Assembly: GCA_951406725.2 (NCBI GenBank)
Contig: OX597820.1
Coordinates: 103,912,001-103,976,000 of the forward strand
DNA from: Octopus vulgaris
Taxonomy: Eukaryota
Length of the DNA stretch: 64,000 bases
Reading direction: 5' to 3'
The notes beneath the pieces were generated by a model. The model had not been told where the DNA came from, did not search any database, and saw only the letters and a list, made by a program, of their open reading frames with translations. A program made the position numbers and the translations under genes. Below, in pieces: positions 14,961 through 28,499 of this stretch; position 1 is the stretch's first letter; every line of letters starts with the position of its first letter.

Positions 14961-15019
14961 TTTACTGACGAGATGCCGGAGCAGGTTTTTGCCCCAACAT
15001 CTGAAACTCAGAGTCTTAT
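14961..15019 (+). ncRNA. Hammerhead ribozyme motif in right arm of the 1-kb palindrome
   Basis: CTGACGA (14965-14971)-gatg...catc-t-GAAA (15003-15006)-ctcagag-TC-ttat. Confidence 0.6.
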
Positions 15020-16089
15020 TATGGCAACTGAATAATTGTCATATATTATTTACAGATAACTTCCTCTATTTACATAATATTGAGGTCTCTTTCATTCTTT
15101 TGTCTTACCATTACTATTAATATATATACATATATATTTATATGACAAGCTTCCTCACAGTTTCTGCCTATCAATTCACTCACAGTGCATTGGTCAGCTC
15201 AGCGCTGTAGTAGAAAACACTTGACCAAGATGCCATGCAATGGGAGTGACTCCAAAACCACACAGCCATGCTTATTGGTAGTCTTTTTAGATAATTTCCT
15301 CATGAAAGTAACTGGCACCTTATTTTACATAGCTATCATAAACTGAAGTTTATTCAGAATTAAGATTTCTTTTCAGAAATAATAAATCAGTTGATATAAA
15401 CACAGAATCCTTCTGTAAACAATCTGACACATTTAACACATACCCTTTATTCTATTCAATGCAAGCAACTGGAGGTGAGTGTTAGTCGATTATGTAAACC
15501 CCTGTGCTCAACTGGTATTTAATTTATTGACCCTGAAAGGGTGAAAAGTAAAGTTGACCTTAGCAGAATTCGAACTCAGAATGTGAAGCTAGAAGAAAAG
15601 CTGCTTAGCATTTCATCTGGCAGGCTAACAATTCCGCCAGTTCACCACCTCAGACAACTACGCAATATACCAAGTCATAGAAGGAAGTAAAATTGTAATG
15701 TTTCTATTGAAGGCTTTCTTCTTAGAGTCAATCTCATAAACCTCTACATCCTGAATAGGCTATTGATTGCAGGTAGATAGCATTGTTGTTGTTGTTGTTG
15801 TTACTGTGTTGCCTAGATCAGCTCTGATTTATTTTAATCCAGGGTGCTCACAATATATCCTTTATTTTTTCCTTTTTTTGTGTTTTGTTTTGGCTGTCAA
15901 ATAATTGTGTAGAAGTGTATTATGACTTTGCTGGTGGTTATTGGAGATATTGTGCAAGAAGGACTGTAGCTTAAATACAAATGAAAACTGCACAGCACAC
16001 ATAATTTCCTGATAATTTCCTTGTGGTGCACCTGAGCTTGTGGTGCACCTGAGCACTGTATACAATAATTCATCATTATTATTATTATT

Positions 16090-16197
16090 GAGTGAGAGAG
16101 CGGTTCATGCCATCAAAGTGACACTGGGGTAAAATATACGAATCCCAATATACCCATCATGACTACCCATCTGATAAGGGTACACCAGGCACGTGCA

Positions 16198-16200
<3 letters not shown>
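16090..16200. mobile_element. Short repeat embedded in (ATT)n
   Basis: gagtgagagag...ccaggcacgtgcatc with (att)n on both sides. A longer copy at 53025-53407 is also bounded by (tta)n/(aat)n. Confidence 0.7.
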
Positions 16201-16262
<62 letters not shown>

Positions 16263-18227
16263 GTTATTATTATACTTACACCTGCTCAACAGTGTTTATA
16301 TGTTTGTTTTATATATCTATATATTTCTACATAGCACCACACTAAACCCAATTATATTGTAGACTGTTGTACAAAGGAAAAGGCTGAAATAAAAAATAAT
16401 TAAATGAACAACTAGATAATTAACTCCATTCTGGAATGTTTGAATGTTAAGTATGATAAAAGGAGATTAACTAGGTTTAACTCTGTGTGTGTATGTGTGG
16501 ATGGTGGGGTGCATGTGTGTATATTATCATTTCTGGATCATTGGGCACTTATGCTGAGTATCTCTTCAGATGCAATCAAGGCCACCTTATCAGTATTATA
16601 GCTTCCTGTGCAATGCAAAGCAAAGCACTGTGGCTTCTGCATGGTTAACTTACATGCATTGCACATTATACATAGATAAGCATTAAGCTCCTAAACACAC
16701 GGCGCTCTTTGACAACTCCCTAGTGTGTCAATACCTTCGTATGACACAAAGCGTCATTGCCTGTAGGCCTCCAAAGGAGTTCTTTAGCCACTGGAACCAC
16801 CATATGCAGGCATCATATAACAGCTTGCTGTTGATTATATCAACCTCCAGTAATTGGCTGGTACTTAATTTATCAAGCATAGAAGAATGAAAGTTAAAAA
16901 TCAACTTTGGTGGCATCTCAATAAAGAATGTAATGAGAATGTTCGGAATTACTGCAAAGCATTTTACCCATTGCTCTAACAATTCAGTAAATCTACTACC
17001 ATTTCAAATTACTATTCTGGATCTTGGTATGGTTGTGTGGTTAAGTAGCTTGTTTCCAAGCCATGTAGTTTGGGGTTCAATCCCACTGCATGGCACCTTT
17101 GGCAAGTGTCTTCTATGCAATACCATTGATAGTAGTACTGACCTACATTGGCAAATGTTAAAAGTTTCTGTCATTCTTTTATTTTCTTGAGAAAACCCGA
17201 ATGACAAAATCTTTCACTTTAAACTTTTAAGTGAATAACAGCTTTTAATAATAAACACAAGTTTATAATAATAAGTAATAAGTATAATAAGTATAATAAG
17301 TGAACGACAGCTTGTAATAATAAGTATTATACTTGTAATAATAAGTATAAGTATAAGTGTAATAATAAGTATAAGTAATAATAAATATACACCATTCAAC
17401 TGTTTTATCAACTGTTCTAAGATCACAAATCTGTCATATTCTATCCAAACTCTTGGCTCTCCACAGCAAACTACAAAGAACACAGTCACAATGAATGAGC
17501 CTCTATGTGATCAATTGACTTGCAAATAACAGCAGCTGAATCTCGCTTGGGTCACACAACACTGTGTCAAAAAACAAAAAACAAAAAAGACACATATAGG
17601 TTTCTTGTTCCAGTTGCTCACAAGACTATGACCACATAAAATAAAAGAGTCATTGAATTTAGTGCAGAACCTATTTACATGCAGTAAGCTCAAGTTCATG
17701 CAGCTACTACTATATGACATTACCAATCACCTGCAAGCACCTAAAAATATTTTTTTAAAAACCAGCCATGATGGAGCCTCTGTACACAGAAGAAAAGAAT
17801 AAAATGATTGAAATTAAAACTGGGGTGAGAAGAAGGTAAATACCCACTTCCCAATATCCAGGTGTTTTTTATTTTATTTGGTGGTTTTTTTTTACCTTTT
17901 AGCTATCTTTTGTCACCTTTCATGAAAATTTACTTGTTTATCATAATCATGCATGCAAATTTAATGCAGTTCTTATATTCAGTTCACAGAGTTTCAAATT
18001 TTGGCATAAAGTGAACGATTTTAGTTGGTTGTGATATTCCATTACATTAATCCCAGTACTTTACTCATTGACAAAATTGAACTCAGTGAGATTTGAATTG
18101 AGAAAATAAAAGCTGAAACAAATACTGCAGAACATTTTCTGCTTTGATGCTTTGGAATTCATTTTTCAGAATGAAACACAGAATATAGATTAGGTTGCAT
18201 TATACTTTACAATAAGAAAGTATTAAT

Positions 18228-18456
18228 ATTTATTTCTTTATTGCCCACAGGGGGCCAAACATAGAAGGGGACAAACAAGGACAGACAAAGGGATTAAGTC
18301 GATTATATCGACCCCAGTACCTAACTTATCGACCCCGAAAGGAAGAAAGGCAATGTCGACTTCAACGGAATTTGAACTCAGAACGTAACGGCAGACGAAA
18401 CACCACTAAGCATTTCGCCCCGACCGTGCTAACGCGTCTGTCAGCTCGCCACCTTA
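18228..18456 (-). mobile_element. SINE, same family as 617-1022
   Basis: TSD agaaagtattaat on both sides. Further copies at about 15470-15650, 20110-20325, 20388-20622, 35535-35745 and 53668-53860. Confidence 0.85.
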
Positions 18457-18978
18457 GAAAGTATTAATTTTCTGATTAGACAGCTAGGAGTTAGCAGATG
18501 GGCATAGCCACCAAGTAACTCTGTGGAAAATGAAATAATGCAATGTAAGATTTTGTTGAATAAAGGTCTTTTGTATAATTCCTGAGTATCAGACATCAGT
18601 GCATCACAGACAGAGAAGAGTAAAGTTACCACTTGTATTTTAATTTGCATTGCTAGTGTAAAATTATATTACTATTTTGTGTAATTTGATGTGTGCTAGA
18701 TATATTCAATTACAAAATCTAGCATCAGTAATATTGGCAAAGAAGCACAGCTGAAGTATAAAATATCAGGATAGTAATTACAGTGACACGTGAACCATCA
18801 CCTCATGCTACTTCATTATCCTTCAAAAATAAAAAGCTCTTGTTTAGTGAAGGTGTATGACCAAGTGGTTAGGTAGTTACGCTCATGATTGTGAACAATG
18901 GTGTATAACATCTGACAGTCTGGTCGATACAGTGATCCATTTCAGTCTCATCTAGTTTACTAGATATACAGTAAAGTC

Positions 18979-19033
<55 letters not shown>

Positions 19034-19039
19034 CATACT

Positions 19040-19244
19040 CTTTCACTCATTTCAGTCATTTGACTGTGACCATGCTGGAGCACCATCTTTAGTTGAGCAA
19101 ATCAACCCCAGGACTTATTCGTTGTAAGCCTAGTACTTATTCTATCAGTCATTTTTGCTGAACTGCTAAGTGGCGGAGACGTAACCACACCAGCATCGGT
19201 TGTCAAGCGATGTTGGGGGGACAAACACAAACACACAAACATAT

Positions 19245-19291
<47 letters not shown>

Positions 19292-19391
19292 TACAACAGG
19301 CTTCTTTCAGTTTCCATCTACAAAATCCACTCACAAGGCTTTGGTTGGCTCGAGGCTATAGTAGAAGACACTTGCCCAAGGTGCCATGCAG
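19040..19391 (-). mobile_element. CORE-type SINE with internal (TA)n/(TG)n microsatellite
   Basis: ggcaccttgggcaagtgtcttcta core, then a microsatellite, then tail ...ggtgctccagcatgg...aaatgactgaaa. Other copies at about 42130-42390, 50650-51020, 51368-51930 and 52780-52995. Confidence 0.8.
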
Positions 19392-21094
19392 ATAGATAGT
19401 AGCATACCTCAAATCTAAAGCTGTGAGTATAAACTTGTATTTTTTTTTTTAGTGTGATTATTATACAATTGAACAATGCTTCTCCCTTACAGCCAAGTAA
19501 TTTCTTTCTTGGAAGTGCATTATGATTGTACTGACATAATACAAACAGGGCTGAGCTGAGGTAATTTGTACAAACTGGTTATAAATTTTTCTTTTTCATT
19601 TTTATACATTTATTTATTTTACTGTTAACCTTTGTAGCAAGTAGTTCTGGGTAAAATTGATTTTTTTCATGGAATGAAAATTTACTGCATTCATTTTCAT
19701 TTTGCTTGTGGCAGGGTATAAGGTTCAGCTTGTATATTGGTCTGGGGACCATAAAACCAAAGAAGGGCCTGTGAATATTTAACAGACGCCTGCCTCTTTA
19801 AAAACAAGCAAAAAAATCAAAACAAAGCAAAACAACCAAAAACTCAACAACCTCTTGAATCTTAAGGGAATTCTCCAGTAACTTACAATATTTATTTAGT
19901 CTACCTTGGTAAAAGGTATTATTGCTTTAAACCTTTGTTGCTGTAAGGCATCTTTACCAAATTATTTAAAGAAATATAACAAAGTACCTTGTCTGAATGT
20001 ACAGTTTAATTCATTATCTTCTAGTTAGAAACAAAGTGCCTAGTTTACCAAATTAGAGAAAGAGTGGTTTAACCAATAACATGTTAAGTTTCCAGTTGGT
20101 TCATTTATTAATTTCAAATTTTAGCACAAGGCCAGCAATTTCAGGGAGTGGGTGAATCGATTACATTGACTCCAGTGTTTAACAGGTACTTATTTTATCA
20201 ACCTCCGAAAGGATGAAAAGCAAAGTCGACCTCAATAGAATTTGAACTCAGAACGTAAAGACACACAAGATGCTGTTAAGTGTTTTGCCTGGCATGCTAA
20301 CAATTCTGCCGGCTTGCTGCTTTCTTCTATTTTATTATTGTTATAAAATATGTTACTCAAATTTATATTTCATGCTTCCATAACAAGCCTATCTCTTTAC
20401 TACCCACAAGGGGCTAAACACAGAGAGGACAAACAAGGACAGACAAACGGATTAAGTCGATTACATTGACCCCAGTGCGTAACTGGTACTTAATTTATCG
20501 ACCCCGAAAGGATGAAAGGCAAAGTTAACCTCGGCGGAATTTGAACTCAGAACGTAGCGGCAGACGAAATACCGCTAAGCATTTCGCCCGGCGCGCTAAC
20601 GTCTCTGCCAGCTCATCACCCTTTCATATCAAGCCTGCACCACACACATATGCACGGACATACACATGCACATGCTATTGTTTTAGTCTTTAGGATTATG
20701 TTTCATCTGAAATCCACTGACATCTGTAAAACAATCACATTAGCTTGGAAAACTTTGATTTAATCTATATCAAGTGCTATCTCTAGACCCGTAGACCTTT
20801 CATCAGAGTCTTTTTAGTCTGTTTCTTATCCATTTCTTCATCCATGCCTGCATGGGATGTTTCATATATACATGTATAATAACAACAACAACAACAATGA
20901 GCCTTGGATGGAATTTATAAACATTTAATGCATCACTACGCATATTTCCACAAATCACCTGAACAAATGAATCCATGAAGATGATCAACCTGGTGCCCAC
21001 AGATAGTATAGACTGCACTGTAATCAGCATTTAAGCCAGCTATATCCAGCTCAAATATCTGCTTAAAAAAACTGAAGGTTCAGTAAAATTGTAT

Positions 21095-21356
21095 TATATA
21101 CATATTAGAGGGAAACCACTATGTGGACACCCTTATGCTAGAAATAGATCTGCTATGGTCTCACCACTAAGAAATGTTTTCAAGAAAAAATTAGCAAAAC
21201 AACCAAAACATACTCAAGCAAAACAAAAGAAAAAGCAATAAAAATATGGATTCGCATACTAAATTTGCTAAATTTTTCTTGAGCACATTTCTTAGTGGTT
21301 AGACCATAGCGGATCTATTTCTAGCATAAAGGTGTCCACATAGTGGTTTCCCTCTA

Positions 21357-21367
<11 letters not shown>
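21095..21367. repeat. Inverted repeat (about 104-bp arms) abutting (TA)n, probable PLE terminus
   Basis: 21095-21198 is the reverse complement of 21264-21367. The terminal motif tagtggttt..ctctaat also occurs at about 21390-21412 (minus) and 41641-41665. Confidence 0.75.
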
Positions 21368-21392
<25 letters not shown>

Positions 21393-21485
21393 TTAGAGAT
21401 AAAACCACTATTAGGCAAATATACTGTAAAATTAGATTTAATCCTAAATCTAATTTTTCCCTGTAAGTTTGGATTTACTCCCTAA

Positions 21486-21527
<42 letters not shown>

Positions 21528-21830
21528 TATATGGCTGTATGGTTAAGAAGTAAATTTCCCAACCTTGTGGTTTCTGGTTTAGTCCCACAGTACAACATTT
21601 TGTACAAGCATCTGCTACTATAAAACCAGATTGACGAAAGTCTTGAGAGTGAATTTGGTTGACAGAAACTAAAAACAGTTTCTCATGTACAGATGTGTAT
21701 CTATCTATACTTCTCTGTCTGTCTGCCTGCCTGCCAGCCTGTATATCTGTCTGTCTCCTGCCTGCCTGTCTGTCTTTCTATCTGTCTATTTGTCTGTCTG
21801 TCTGTCCCTATGTAGTTGTTTGTTTATTTG

Positions 21831-21862
<32 letters not shown>

Positions 21863-22401
21863 GTTGTTTGTTTATTTGTTTGTTTGTCTGTCTATCTGTC
21901 TATTTATCTATCAGTCTGTCTATTTATCTGTTTATTTGTCCACCTGTCTGTCTGTCTGTCCATCTGTTGATGTCTTTATATCTATCTAGTTGCCTGTGTG
22001 TCTATTGAAACAGGTAAAAGCAAAAGGTTACATATATATGCATGATGTGTGTATGTGCATGTGTGTTTGTTTACGTTTGCTCTCTTCAAAATTTGCTCAC
22101 AATAAGCAGTGTTGCTGCCATCATTTCTGTCAGCAAATCATCGGCTGGTTTTGCACTTTCAAAGAAACATGAAATTAGCAAGCCCTTGAAAAACAGGTAA
22201 GGATTAATGACAAAAAAAGCATCTGATTATAAAACTATGCCTCAGTAATACATCTAACCATTTCTAACATGGAAAAACAGTTATAAAAGAAAATGAACAA
22301 ACAATAGCTTTTACAGTTGATTGGTTTTGCTACCACCAGCCACTCATCTGTAAAGACCATATCTTTTGCAGAGGGTACCATAGAAAAGACTGTGTAACAA
22401 C

Positions 22402-22815
22402 TGTTATTTCCTATTTGCTTACCCTTAAAAAGTATGAAAAATGGTTAGTATTTCCTTCAAACTTTGCTTTTGTTACATTTATTCAAACCCCAAAGAATTC
22501 CTCTTAACACATGGATATGATGCTCCTCCACTTATCCTGCTTGTGATCAGAGATGCACATATTGTCAGCTACTAATAGACATGCTCAAGTGGTTAAGGTT
22601 AAACAACTAACAAGCAAATCTGTGGTATTGAGCAGAATATTTACTATAACAATATTTCTGTTTCAGTAACTCAGTACTGAATCTGTCTGAAATATAATGG
22701 AAAATAAGTTAGTTTCAAAATACTGATGTCCAGGTCACAAAAGCAAAGTTTGAAGGGAATACTAAATAAGTCATTCCCTATGATTTCTAGATAGAAGCAA
22801 ATAGGAAATAACACT
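22402..22815. mobile_element. Old TIR element (MITE)
   Basis: Imperfect inverted termini of about 70 bp (tgttatttcctatttgctt...caaactttgcttttgt vs acaaaagcaaagtttg...aagcaaataggaaataaca). The interior recurs at 53309-53405 and 53589-53655. Confidence 0.65.
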
Positions 22816-23291
22816 TACTGACCAAAAACAAAAGAAAAATAAATTAAATTTTGCTACACAGTGTAATATCTGTTAATGATATGGTTGTTATGCACAGTGG
22901 TTAGATGAACTAAAGCAATATAGATTTGTATACTTTGCATTTAAACACAGTAAACTCAAGAAAAGTCCCATAGTTGCCACAAACTCAGAGCATACACTCA
23001 GAGTGTCAATTTAATTTTTACAAGACAATTCAGAAAATAAACTCTAACAGTGAGTGTGTCAGCATGGATTTTATTTCTATTAGATGTACATAAATTTAAG
23101 TTTCAATTTGGTCATAACCCTGCTACAATCTACAGAATTGATAAGAAAAGGAGGGGAAAAAGAACTAAACAAAACAAATCTCATAAAATTTGCCATATTA
23201 TACATTAATTTAAGTAATGAAAAAATAAATAAGTATTTCCAAAAAGAAAAATTAGCTAAAGTTTAGAAAACTTCATAAATGCATGCTTTAA

Positions 23292-23541
23292 CCCTTTCGT
23301 TACCAACCCGACTGAAACCAGCTCTGGCTCTGGGTACAAATGTCTTGTTTTCATAAGTTTTGAATTAAAATCTTCCACCAAACCTTAGTTACAATTTATG
23401 TTCCTAACACTAGCTGAATGATAACTAAGTTATTTTACTAAATTCTTTGTCATACTTAAAGTAATTGAAAGAAACACAGAACATCTCAAAATAAATACAG
23501 TATCAAAATAAATACAGTATCGAAATACAGTATCGAAAGGG
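23292..23541. mobile_element. piggyBac-like MITE
   Basis: TTAA|CCCTTTCG...CGAAAGGG|TTAA (TSDs 23288-23291 and 23542-23545). An empty-site paralog lies at about 23830-23900. Confidence 0.88.
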
Positions 23542-23582
23542 TTAATAGCTGCAGTTTAGAACTAAGTCATTTGTTGTTGTTG

Positions 23583-23620
<38 letters not shown>

Positions 23621-23895
23621 ATTATTATATGGAGGTGTGTTGCACAGTGGTTAAGGTATCATAAAATTGTGGTTTCAATTCCTGGACCAGGTGATTTGTT
23701 GTGCTCTTGTGAGTAATCCTGCAATGGACTGACTGGAGGAGAATATACACACCATAGAATCTAGGAAACCTGGCCTTATGAGCATATGGCTCTGGAAAAG
23801 TCTTTGTTCTTTCTTGATACATTTATTATTTTCAAATAGAAAAATTTGCCAAAGAATTTAGAATACTTCATAAAAGCATGCTTTAATAGCTGCAG

Positions 23896-23928
<33 letters not shown>

Positions 23929-24382
23929 GTTGTTGTTGTTGTTGTTGTTGTTGTTATTTGTGTATGTGGTTTTGTTTATCTTTTTACAATGTCCATGAGT
24001 TTTTTTTTTCCATATTTCTTGTGAAATAATTTACAATGAACAGATTCTTGACTTTGTTCTTTCACAATTTTGTAAATATGAATTGTATTCTCATAGTTCA
24101 TTCAATTATCATAATAATGCTTCTAATAAATGTTTTCTTCTTATAATTGCAGTGTTTCAAAGATAGATATCCAAAGGTAAAATTGGATTTTCACAAGAAG
24201 AAATAAATAAAGACAAATTTTTGTTATGGAAAATTTAGATTTTGATCAAATTAATTAAGGTGTATTTAGTTTTTTTTTTTATCTGAAATGAATTAATGAA
24301 TGAATGAATGAATGAATGAATGAATGAAAAGCCAACTCAACTCTCTTTTTAAACGAAAAACAAAGGAATGAAACTAAATATT

Positions 24383-24615
24383 TGTTTCTGTATTACCCAC
24401 AAGGGGCTAAACATAGAGGGGACAAACAAGGTCAGACAAACGGATTAAGTCGATTATATTGACCCCAGTGCACAACTGGTACTTTATTTAATCGACCCCA
24501 AAAGGATGAAAGGCAAAGTCGACCTCGGCGGAATTTGAACTCACAGCGTAACGGCAGACGAAATACGGCCACGCATTTCGCCCGGTGTGCGAACGGTTCT
24601 GCCAGCTCGCCGCCT
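24383..24615 (-). mobile_element. SINE, same family, 14-bp TSD
   Basis: TSD tgaaactaaatatt at 24369-24382 and 24616-24629. Confidence 0.88.
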
Positions 24616-25769
24616 TGAAACTAAATATTCTAAATCATTTTCTGCACAGTTATCGCCCTTCCTACAGGTAATATTGGCCAGGTTTTGTGAGTATAGGGTG
24701 ATGATGAGGAGGTGGAGGGGGGGCAAAGTAATTTAGATTCACTTTCAGTATAAAATTGTTATTTTATTGTTCTGAGTGAAAAAGTCATAGTTGACGTTCG
24801 AAACATGTTTAATTTATGATAGATAAAAACTAATTAGAATAAAAAGCAAACAATTACTAATTATATAATATTTGTTTCTAAGATTTGTTATCAGAGAGAG
24901 AGAGTTAGACTTTTGTGTCCCTTCCTAAAATATCCATAATGTTAATGAAGTAAAGCAGTTTCGCCTGTAAAACTACATTCTGTTTATGTGAGAACTGGCT
25001 GACTGTGGTTCTGCAATTGTATTTTTATTATGGGTACCAGTGATGTAAGTAAAGAAGAAAAAGTTTTAGCTGTAAAATGAAAATCAAATTGTAAGGTTGG
25101 TTTGCTGAGAACTTACCCCTGTATTTTGGCACTCACCAATGAGATATATATATGTATATATCATATAATATTAATATTAGTATACTAAAACATATAAAAT
25201 GATATTTTTTTAGGGAATGGGTGAGATTAAAACTCAAAAATAAACAAAGACACTGTGTGTTTGGTAAAATTACTATGTATAAAAACATATATTTAGTCTT
25301 GTTCTAGATCTACTTTACGATTAACCCCACCATCCCAAACATGATTTTGAAGCAATAAAGACCAAACATGCAGTCATATACAGAAATAAATTTCATCTGA
25401 ATTCCTGAGATGAAGAATTATCATTATTATTTATTAATATATTCAAACTAGTGTTCTCATATTAGTCACAACACTATGACCCCTACACTCTCTAGGCCTT
25501 TTCAGCTGTCTTGCATTGGTAACATTTTTGGAATTTCTGTCTGAACCATTAATTAAATCCTCAAGGGAAGGTTGTTTTCATTCCCTTATTAATACCAAAG
25601 ACATTTTCCTATCATTTATTCTTGTATTTATGATATCACTTACCTGGTCTAAATGAACCTGAGTAAATATGGCTTGACCGGATTAAACTCATGCTAATCA
25701 CTTCATTTATCATTTGGCATTTAGTCATTCTTTATATTCAATATCAAACTGTCCTGAGATTATAGATAT

Positions 25770-26228
25770 TGATTTCAAATTTTGGCACAAAGCAAGCAAT
25801 TCCAGTGGAGGGGCTAAGTTGATTACATCGCCCACACTGATCAAATGGTAATTATTTCATCGACTCCTAAATAATGAAAGGCAAAGTCAACCTTGGTGGA
25901 ATTTGAACTCAGATCATAGAGACAGGTGAAATACCTATTTCTTTACTACCCACAAGGGGCTAAACACAGAGTGGACAAACAAGGACAGACACACGGATTA
26001 AGTTGATTACATCGATCCCAGTGCGTAACTGGTACTTAATTTATCGACCCTGAAAAGATGAAAGGCAAAGTCGACCATGGCGGAATTTGAACTCAGAACG
26101 TAACAGCAGACGAAATATGGTTAGGCCTTTCGCCCGGCATGCTAATGATTCTGCCAGCTCACTGCCTGGTGAAATACCACTAAGCATTTTGCCTGGCATA
26201 CTAACAATTCTACCAGTTCACCACCTTA
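25770..26228 (-). mobile_element. SINE nested within a related SINE
   Basis: Inner copy 25936-26167 is flanked by TSD ggtgaaatacc (25925-25935 and 26168-26178). Confidence 0.85.
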
Positions 26229-26339
26229 GTTAGTTTATAGATATTAAGAGCTTTAAGTTTCACTTTCCTTTATGGTCATAGATTTCTTTCTTCTTAATTA
26301 GAAACTTCTATAGAGCATTCATCTCTATGCTAGGCCTAC

Positions 26340-26740
26340 TGAAGAGGTTATCTAGGCTTTGTATATGCACTGTTTCTTTTAGTCATCCTATTTTCAAATC
26401 TCAGTTCCTATTATCCTGACTTACTTCCACAAGGATTTCTGACCTCCTTTTTAACCCAATAAATGATTATCCATATCCAATTTTTCTGTCACCCTACAGG
26501 TTACAGGTTTATGATATTCTTCTAGCCTTACTTTTAGGAGGCATTTGGTTTCATGTTTCCATTCATTACCACAGCTGCATGAGATGGAACACACAGAATT
26601 CTTGGTCTCTGAATCATGATCTCTCCTGGGAGGTTTTGTTTGAAAGAGATATCCCACAAGATTAAACCTACTTTCAATACTATCCCGACGGTGTTTCTTC
26701 CACAGCACTTCTGAAATTTTCCAAAATGCCTCCAATGTAA
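26340..26740 (-). pseudogene. Penelope-like GIY-YIG endonuclease remnant
   Basis: TKNSVCSISCSCGNEWKHETKCLLKVRLEEYHK resembles the PLE consensus VYxIxCxCGxxYIGETxRxLxxRLxEH. Frameshifted and decayed. Confidence 0.7.
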
Positions 26741-27889
26741 GATCACCCTTGTGGAATCAAATCAAAAAAATAATAGAAAACAACACTGAAAATAAGCAAA
26801 CTAAGAGAATTAATGCATATTCTTGATAACCACATAACCACTTGAATAAGGTTAGTGTAGAGATGAACACCGTATGAGAGTTATTAATAAAAGAAGAAAA
26901 AAAAGCATTAAACCTATTGACTTAATAAAAAGTTAGGTTTTAAAGCTCCTAATTGCCATTATCTAATTACCTTACAGAACAATGGGAAAGTAAATATAAA
27001 TGTTAAGTGGGGTGATTCAGCTAATGGGTATGTGCTTAGTTCCTGGGTTAGTCATTCGGTATATACCCTGGTTCAAGTAGAAGAGTAAGCAATGGTACAA
27101 GCAAGAGAAATGGAGTACATCCTGGTATGGACAACAAAATTAGAACAATCCTTCCTCATGGATTTATAAAGGATTACTCAGTATGACAGGCACCAGAGGA
27201 GAGCTACAGAGCACAACAGCTGACACGTAGTGAGAACACGTGTCCAACTATATCAGTGTATAATAGAAATAGATTTCTCATTTATTCTGTGGTAATCAAA
27301 TAAATTGTTTACTAAACTTTTTTTGGCAAATCTACATCATTAGATGGATGATTAATCCTGTATATTTATATAGTTTGTAAATATTCTAATTAAATAGTTT
27401 ATAAACTTGACTGCATTCTATATTCAGGAAACTCAAATTGTCTGAAAACATAAATTAGTTATCAGATGATATTCATAGGAGTTTTAACCATAAAATTATA
27501 TATTTTAAATGAACCCATGGATGCAAATACAAACAATGTATGTGACATAGAATTCTAAAAAAAAAAAAAAATTAACATCCAATTTTAATATTCTGTGGTG
27601 TGTGCCATTTGTATTTGCATCCACACTTAATTTTAAAATAAAAGCATGTGTTTATTCTTTTTCTTTGATTCTAGGTTAGTTTTCAAAATATTTAATTTAA
27701 TTACATATATTATTATACAGAATTAATTATTTTGTTTGATCTACAGTATATTACATCAATTTTGCTGAAAACGTTTATATATCATTTAACAAATGAATAA
27801 TTTTGTTGTATAGTGTTAAGATACCATACATTTGGGTGTGCAACCAACTAAACAGAGATGGGGATTAAAATAGTAACAATACCTATATA

Positions 27890-28499
27890 TGAGGGGAGTC
27901 AAAAATTATCCGCACTTTTGCCATAACATACCTTTATTATTGTCACACTGCCTTTTGTGCATGCTTTTAGTTGGTACTATTGTGGTCATTAGATCGAAGT
28001 TTGAGCCTGATTGTGCCATTTTTCTTTCTGGCTTTACAGTGTAAGCATGGCCGTTCCACTAGCAATGTGCAATAAAGAGCAGTGATCCGAGAGATGGTAA
28101 TGAGGAACCTGTTCAAGCTAGCTGAATCTTCTCGTCAGTGGTGGAGGTTGATGGGCGTCCTGCTACCTCTTTGTGTGTCAGGTTTCAGTCCACTCCCGCA
28201 CAGATTTCTACATGGTAGTGCACTGTCCCAGTATTGTGCTAAAAGCCTCCTATGAATTCCAGCACCTGTCACATCTTCCGACCAGAGAAATCGGATCACT
28301 GCTCTTTGTTCTGCATTGGTGCACATTCCTAGTGGAGCAGCCATGCCTACACTGTAAAGCCAGAAAGAAAAATGATGCGATTAGGCTCAAATTTCAATCA
28401 GGTGACCACAGTAGTACCAAGTATAAGCACATATGTGCAGGAGGCCTTGTGACACAATAATAAAGATAGGGTGAAAATGTGGATAATTTTTAACTTCCC

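Larger units (their letters stand above)
14056..15120. mobile_element. About 1-kb imperfect palindrome made of two head-to-head PLE 3' ends
   Basis: 14056-14534 pairs with 14557-15057 as reverse complement, including the internal CA/TG-rich simple sequence. Each arm carries a hammerhead. (TA)n on the left and a TA-rich tract on the right. Confidence 0.8.
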
